A stretch of 64,000 nt of DNA from Candidatus Omnitrophota bacterium. Lineage in GTDB: Bacteria > Omnitrophota > Gorgyraeia > Gygaellales > Profunditerraquicolaceae. The notes under the pieces were generated by a model. That model did not search any database and was not told where the DNA came from. It saw nothing but the letters and a program-made list of their open reading frames with translations. Where the stretch lies: assembly GCA_963805065.1 (NCBI GenBank), contig CAWDSS010000010.1, positions 407,059-471,058 on the forward strand, written 5' to 3'. Of this stretch, positions 61,401 through 64,000 are shown in pieces. A program made the translations under genes and the position numbers. The number at the start of each line of letters is the position of its first letter. Positions within the stretch are counted from its first letter, which is position 1.

Positions 61401-63956
61401 GTCTTGCATTGAATCATTTTTGTAAGATAAAGGTAAGAATTGAATTATATCACGATATCTACTGTAGTATGACACTAACAGCTTTCTAAAATCTTCTGAA
61501 TCAACCCCACCATGTCTCATGACTGCTTGTATAACATCCGGATAAAACAAATGAAAACTAAAATATGGCCATTGTGAAGAATTTTCCACAGGATTAAGGG
61601 ATTGAAAGACTTTTTCAAGAATATCCCTATTATTCTGATTAATAAGTTTCTTGGCATTAATAACCAAATCTTTTCTCACTGGAAATCTAGGCAATAACTG
61701 AGAGATAATATAAGCTAAATCACGACGATTTAAAGCATCTGAATCAAGTCTAGTTCCTATTTTTAATGCAGGCCATTTATTAGTTATCGAAAATATTAGT
61801 AATCTGAATAATTTAGGTGACATCTGTTTTACGGGTCCCATAGCATCAAACAGACAATGTTCACATGCATCATTACAACCCCATGTGAACAAAATTCCTA
61901 TCTCTTTGTGGTTTTTGAGCCATAATTCAACAATCATTTGAAATTTTTTTGTAAAGCAGGGAAATGAATTGTTTATGAAATTTTCAATCGTAGGCGAGGC
62001 GGCGCGGGGTTTTTCTCCCACTGGCGAGCTGGATCGAGTCTCAAGATCACCATAAAGATCATAAATAAGCCTCTTTTCAGCATCGCCTAATATTTCATAG
62101 GCGGTTGCAGCCTCTTTAAATATTTTTTCGGCTTCTTTGTTGTTAGGGTTACGATCAGGATGAAACTTCAAAGCTATGGCTCGATATGCCTTTTTGATCT
62201 CTTCCCGCGTAGCATCAGGTTTAACCCCAAGAGTCTTGTAAAACTTAAGCGACTTATTATAACCATTGACGCTGTTAAGAGAATTGTAAGACAATGCATT
62301 GATATACCGCGGGAGCTCCGAATAGCTATCGTCTGTAAGAATATATCCTATTTCTCTTAAGTAAATAACAATTGAATAAGCGGTATCATAAATATTCTTT
62401 CCTTGAGGTTGAATAATCCAAGTCTTGAGGATCATAGGGTTATCGTGGCAGACAAAAGCGACCTCTATAAACCTCTCTCCTGGCCTGCCAGGACCTTCAT
62501 TTTTCACGCGTATATCAAGGACGCCTTCTTGGTAAGGTATTTGGACAATATCTGCTTCTGGGCGGCCAATACTGTTTGTATCAGAGGCCCGAACTACACT
62601 CTTTTCCAAGCCGCCCGAGCTGCTCAAGCCTCCTTTCAATACATTCTCCATCCTATCGCATGATTTTGTTGGTTCAGCTTCCTGATGCATTTGATCAAGC
62701 AGCGCCAAATCATAAGACTCCACAGCTTCAGAGTTGAATACCAGTAATCTCTTCCCGTCTACAGAGAAGAAAGGCTTATCTTTTTCCCCCAGCTTAAGTG
62801 CAATTTTTTTGCCATTGATAGTAGTACAAATCAAATTAATGACTTTTGTCAAACCGTCATATATATGCAGATAGCTCCCACACGCAGAATAATAAGTATT
62901 GAGCAATGCGCCACGCGTATTCAAAGGAACGATTTTTGCGTTATCCACATGATAGATGGCACAGCTAGGATCAACATCCCAGTTTATTTTGTTAATGTCA
63001 TAACAAAGAAGTGTACTGTCAAGTGTTGGTGATATAGAAAATTGATAGAGATTGGGGGCGATAAAAGTCCTTTCTTTTGTTTTGAAATTATACACTTCTG
63101 CTGAACCACACAAACTGATAAATAGCGAATCTGGAATAGCTATAAAATTAGCAAAACTCGTGCCTTGGGGGATAAGAAATATTTTCCTAGTTTCAAACTC
63201 ATAAATTACTTTCTCTTTATTGTCCAAGCGCAAGATGGCAAATTTTTCATCTTTGGGAAAAACATGAATAAACGGCAATCTCCCCGGCTGCACTTGGGAT
63301 AAATCAACTTCAAGGCCTGTCTTTAGATCAAACAGGCTGCTATTATAATCTTCTTTAAACATTACAATGGCGTATCCATCTTGCCCTGAAATATGGACAT
63401 GAGACACTTGACCTTCGAAATTTATATTTAAAACTTCTCTTTTTTCGATATCGATTATTTGCACGGTGTCATTAGGGAAATAAACAGGTATCAAACTACC
63501 GCTTCTTGAAAATGTACCAAACATACTGGCTCCCTTATGCAATCCCTTAATTTCTAAAACCCTTCCCGATTCTATATTGATTATTTCCGGTGAAAACAGT
63601 TTGCCGCGGTAGTCGATCGCCAGATACATATCCTTTGGCGAAAAATTAGCGCTCAAAACATCTGTTTTTAACGATAGCTCAACGATCTTTCCAGATGCAA
63701 CTTCATACAGCTTCTCATCAACAAAAGCAAACTTTCCTTTCCTAGATATGAAATTACTATGTGCATAGTGATAGTGATCCATATTATATGCATTGAATCC
63801 CGGAAGGCGCATTCCTTGTGTCTCAAGAGGAGAACTACTAAGCCTCGGCGAGGCGGCGCGGTTAAAATCGGTCGATAGTCCATAGTCTATAGGCGATAGT
63901 GAAAGTCCCGTGTCCTGACCATTGACCATAGACCATTGACCATAGACTGATTTCAC
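52428..63956 (-). CDS. giant multidomain protein (3842 aa or more; the ORF remains open upstream of the GTG start and continues past the window edge)
   Basis: Uninterrupted 11.5-kb ORF; domains are listed as separate features below. Confidence 0.8.
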   Translation of the reverse strand: MKSVYGQWSMVNGQDTGLSLSPIDYGLSTDFNRAASPRLSSSPLETQGMRLPGFNAYNMDHYHYAHSNFISRKGKFAFVDEKLYEVASGKIVELSLKTDVLSANFSPKDMYLAIDYRGKLFSPEIINIESGRVLEIKGLHKGASMFGTFSRSGSLIPVYFPNDTVQIIDIEKREVLNINFEGQVSHVHISGQDGYAIVMFKEDYNSSLFDLKTGLEVDLSQVQPGRLPFIHVFPKDEKFAILRLDNKEKVIYEFETRKIFLIPQGTSFANFIAIPDSLFISLCGSAEVYNFKTKERTFIAPNLYQFSISPTLDSTLLCYDINKINWDVDPSCAIYHVDNAKIVPLNTRGALLNTYYSACGSYLHIYDGLTKVINLICTTINGKKIALKLGEKDKPFFSVDGKRLLVFNSEAVESYDLALLDQMHQEAEPTKSCDRMENVLKGGLSSSGGLEKSVVRASDTNSIGRPEADIVQIPYQEGVLDIRVKNEGPGRPGERFIEVAFVCHDNPMILKTWIIQPQGKNIYDTAYSIVIYLREIGYILTDDSYSELPRYINALSYNSLNSVNGYNKSLKFYKTLGVKPDATREEIKKAYRAIALKFHPDRNPNNKEAEKIFKEAATAYEILGDAEKRLIYDLYGDLETRSSSPVGEKPRAASPTIENFINNSFPCFTKKFQMIVELWLKNHKEIGILFTWGCNDACEHCLFDAMGPVKQMSPKLFRLLIFSITNKWPALKIGTRLDSDALNRRDLAYIISQLLPRFPVRKDLVINAKKLINQNNRDILEKVFQSLNPVENSSQWPYFSFHLFYPDVIQAVMRHGGVDSEDFRKLLVSYYSRYRDIIQFLPLSYKNDSMQDHLIIWELGELQPFSVRGNALKESFNNLTRELVWVPLGEEFEINLKQNIHGIFYEGRAFSMALKLGLLERSRFEREQEPFYSSLCITPDGCLAVILKSHDPSKPGVFANPEKYVNEKLGSPNIEIEKVDFWGSTEIINLCKVFEESGSPVQNNPRAASPVMEDKERKRFETMQDILDRILHSEYRFAITYDLLRTFLDFEDHINLIMTFRCGLGCPFCCAEKAMKHNPGAIFPCEKLKKLISEDIRGFSSVRLLGGEPTLYPDFLKIVNFIAANIDKVYVVTSGFFLPTEETELEHFMAQIASNVILVISLDSNHEGVFKKRGRSLPVLVSILEKYFPEKINYNIKLPPLNRTAELTSILKRYGLTAQYKKYPERFNVNSIIAQGGAAEFSTKEARKFDAQELISHNKPGNINLTITLESLVLTNDHDAYEEKPTFDSILGDINKKPFIDIMIEWAIPHMKDKYHPEAIWFFSQLLTSVNPQRESLGVNHIWVDKLNKDKEISSIRLVLKSMKREWKQWETAEQLFNDNCPEQLRPYKEEAVERIYRLLLLERDLDRFYDRRWEWLRYAYNLSILDAVPDLIADFYKRFPNVDNYEVYILPDLMRIAEGNVKTLRAAHNIMGILISKGLYEHLCGFRFNTFLEKVPDFSYFERVITAIQNQKLGDYLDLLALLEEKRFFPYSGTVQANLVGEENFIFANIPGEQDLNVRLHSNLFKEKWQDSVVMKRLVPDDLKDKRYFARMTFDKETIFSFTVRYDEADWADIPFGDGCIVVAGNAYNINDLSPDARYIDYLYRTGIRQIINKVEAPEAAKAGLIEAFRHLRKRDMFSILNFIKGFEKRSKTRNNYKAERENAFIMAFYVEKVIFASYFRVAQRHITEPNEAQKQSVRNVSHRLSQAFNSTIDLSHIVLFVSHLSNGIVIRVPYQARILASRWNNDGSSFEGLDLEPYLMREALCLLFDGFCESEFRFFELALVDYLVLSLLNQCREFSTRYRHAWLIEAIDLLSQHVGLPVLWEAFINGRLDLIERKLGKNGKDILYTFAKSIELGRENKAQEAAEILQRKDDARYIASLKERILETPIEDAEHMYYSFVGVNSLEKKETTSQSCSPLDKNPASPECAASPKVQLFPSTTLKASSSVIDERVFSFVPKARNFMRMALNPKKDLKEFIVVKNELKALEGMDTWIIGAAMSSRKIDGLDYKCSLRDDYFNLTKTIPVITKGKIRGDENEFTACSVENTNQHAKRSLGLIVRCEVDDFVLISIHDAGLGFRDKRRRLIPIERAVEWHRENGIGGWAGEGLTRSVGKYSDVSVIEHVRESVVIVSKYVGIAKILCIPRYEILLSMDSEKERGTTITGFFYKGTQNRQEWRWQMARELAERLKINRQLFSSSPAAGAELPDKQLRRKKLLSILKEMVFPEVDLFGIIQKLDGLLLEVDKEIELSRLKEKLEDLSGIKKVQEAWAEDTKSGSSPAGKNPHAASPALQLSVVSCPLLVENHNLKTRNRKLRTNEGAASRPSTSPMRGEGVPRLQAEGPMPKNEGAESSSPVKNNLIGLSFNKNSNYKGIEYNFEDQAMNDFAKSFCITTHAKETINLQPDRFLADIQALVNEEFRESLLSFGEQKVFMEVLKTGRAQCCGESLIKDVALIYSMIQKGGFKKDGSEKFSDIIAAPKDIAVRELSFLNDGGTFKRVFKLILEDRISGALCPIVLKVVRDEKLRTLNGYPYNFEFVNVVNCIIDKIQKYNPAFHAKYGTTHVLYDPLVGRERLILTEQYLDETQDLGALEMNSLKVSLYLIFWRIFEGWLFVRVPHNENVMIIEKEGQYYPLMIDLDGLEVGYESDFDASHVLEKLGDNFEPLEVFYGILLAYGHQYEKFFEKMISDAINPSGFCYSTAEVLDIYRRYRAGGNLFGDQFSLGRFAAAFRTSKNGAEDTVSSPVKFNFKDSNLNAFAKAICKPGHPKEFYSMNVDNVEEIEQRLLTRTFKEQGEFFEEGLSPREQKAFFEALHENLERYGKGYLRDVALLYAVAEEPDFKIDTFRINFKIHARPQDIEIKEVKLIDDSGNYKRLFRMTLEYGEGESRRQYPIVFKVVREYVTKTLDGYEYNSNFTFLMDCVVDRLHKYDLDYHPWYGMTYTIYEPGTQKERIIMTEQYLKETEDLNSFEKNSLKVAMYLHLWRVFNKGLFLRDPHEDNAYALHKNGYYYASVIDLDGLEVAPEGYYNASYVLEKLGENFEPLEIFCGILLAYRKQIDKFFTQLLNDSVNPNGFCEPIARVLELYEDYRVNGRVNSYVRLWKLYDPKVQERLEKKEWLFSSVDRATEDFIAHLNKSKTLTDFAETVLIPMLKKLFVKKDDVFVTTLKFGEQFLSENMPPCKTLYYGVPLAWAFAQEDLEQYVSNLELLRYIAQRWYKLIIYKDTVSTDNHRVFVSAFGEYISEVFSYLLTEKLTSGEIEQLLDVFSNSFEIEIDDKGSAFLDVEKAFQVAKQSISFVSSPVSVGSSSITKNLTPRTEKRAASPVIKKGAKGKKVKMVRSVAKDEIRSVRLVALPSTEEDQGYGDAGVVLNLARTIKQFYPQAAIQIYLSYWGFCQAQRILFGRERTFGDYFENDGLLFIQYPSEKERQQISPVDLIVSFNHDIPFGLGGRLKIIVDDYHSPLRGARDAETFYLEAGLFSNGVGLYFNPELVKKEQNDKSQDNQQAKACFLEKLKMRQLLKTLPFDKNSIASSLWTTYYQEFTWKHLVQFLQIIAQAKESAVHLKERDVTLFTFGRSNDWSESNSLRETVKKYGIRYIDLIKGEYSPALLSGTNIAIVNLGFVPEELYNEFLSLAELPQATAGAISFTNLIQLDKIWIYQVYGHFKGTLDRQLLGFAKQLMAEDTYRILEYIIYTYDSTRNEFGQDAAELVAQLFIDPRHKVEFSKLNQYLYSHMNAINRLVQFVDRVWEEKYSSSPIQFTADNSHFTDGTLLPIVNSGLHANAAVLPNINLTYYQPQKGVR
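54657..55364 (-). other. giant protein: atypical protein-kinase-like module 2 (internal duplicate of module 1)
   Basis: PIVFKVVRE ... MTEQYL ... LRDPHEDN ... VIDLDGLEV (IDLD at 54783..54794); DPHxxN resembles the catalytic loops of ABC1/UbiB- and APH-type kinases. Confidence 0.5.
55782..56504 (-). other. giant protein: atypical protein-kinase-like module 1
   Basis: PIVLKVVRD ... LTEQYL ... VRVPHNEN ... MIDLDGLEV (IDLD at about 55917..55928). Confidence 0.45.
56925..56959. repeat. heptanucleotide tandem array (CAACTAA CAACGGA CAACTGA CAACAGA CAACTGC) inside the giant ORF
   Basis: Encodes ...[13 protein letters not shown]... within a low-complexity linker. Confidence 0.7.
57387..57689 (-). 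other. giant protein: GHKL/histidine-kinase-like ATPase region
   Basis: [12 protein letters not shown] (DxGxG, about 57597..57626) ... [10 protein letters not shown] (G2-like); extent approximate. Confidence 0.4.
60087..60809 (-). other. giant protein: radical-SAM domain 2
   Basis: [18 protein letters not shown] (CxxxCxxC at 60750..60773) and [15 protein letters not shown] (GGEP at 60630..60641). Confidence 0.65.
61257..61904 (-). other. giant protein: radical-SAM-like domain 1
   Basis: [15 protein letters not shown] (CxxxCxxC at about 61854..61877); extent approximate. Confidence 0.5.
62052..62246 (-). other. giant protein: DnaJ J-domain
   Basis: [62 protein letters not shown], with the HPD tripeptide. 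Confidence 0.8.
62397..63779 (-). other. giant protein: beta-propeller-like repeat region (WD40/PD40-like)
   Basis: Repeating ~40-aa units with (I/V)xxxD and YD/FD strand motifs; extent approximate. Confidence 0.35.
63883..63950. repeat. heptanucleotide tandem arrays (GTCGATA/GTCCATA/GTCTATA ... GACCATT GACCATA x2) inside the 5' end of the giant ORF
   Basis: gtcgatagtccatagtctataggcgatag...gaccattgaccatagaccattgaccatagactgat encodes [31 protein letters not shown]. Confidence 0.75.
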
Positions 63957-64000
63957 CGGAGAGGCGGCGCCTTCGTTAGCTTTCGGCCCAAGACGTACAG

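Overview
Low-GC (~38-40%) bacterial chromosomal segment. Every convincing gene (about 60) lies on the minus strand; the plus-strand ORFs in the track are antisense shadows. The organism looks diderm: there is an outer-membrane porin ending in Phe, and many proteins carry signal peptides. From the window start (transcription runs toward lower coordinates) the content is: a disrupted APC amino-acid permease; a small sigma-70-family factor; nadE; a complete F-type ATP synthase operon (atpZ/I-B-E-F-H-A-G-D-C); an aminotransferase-glnA-GAF/ANTAR cluster; an Lrp/AsnC regulator; two tandem, complete phosphate-uptake operons (pstSCAB plus a second PstB paralog, phoU and a CheY-like regulator; then a regulator, three tiny ORFs, a porin, pstSCAB and phoU) with Pho-box-like direct repeats upstream; an mnmG-queG-like-phoB-phoR-greA operon; apgM; a class II (B12) ribonucleotide reductase interrupted by a 410-aa LAGLIDADG intein; a carbohydrate-utilisation locus (LacI and ROK regulators, a secreted TPR protein, two GH2-like glycoside hydrolases, a tandem-repeat probable carbohydrate-binding protein, and sugar ABC permeases with a lipoprotein solute-binding protein). 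The most unusual region is at 51.7-64.0 kb: a tandem-PilZ (c-di-GMP receptor) gene whose start overlaps the stop of an ORF of at least 3842 aa that runs off the window edge. That giant ORF combines a beta-propeller, a DnaJ J-domain, two radical-SAM cores, a GHKL ATPase-like region and two atypical protein-kinase-like modules, joined by repeated P-R-A-A-S-P linkers each encoded by the same GC-rich 15-mer. Two repeat families occur throughout: five copies of a palindromic element with 18-bp arms (GGGGACGTTTCTATTTTT / AAAAATAGAAACGTCCCC), and cyanobacterial STRR-like heptanucleotide tandem arrays. Several heptamer arrays sit inside the 5' coding leaders of secreted-protein genes and inside the giant ORF. 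No rRNA, tRNA or CRISPR was seen.
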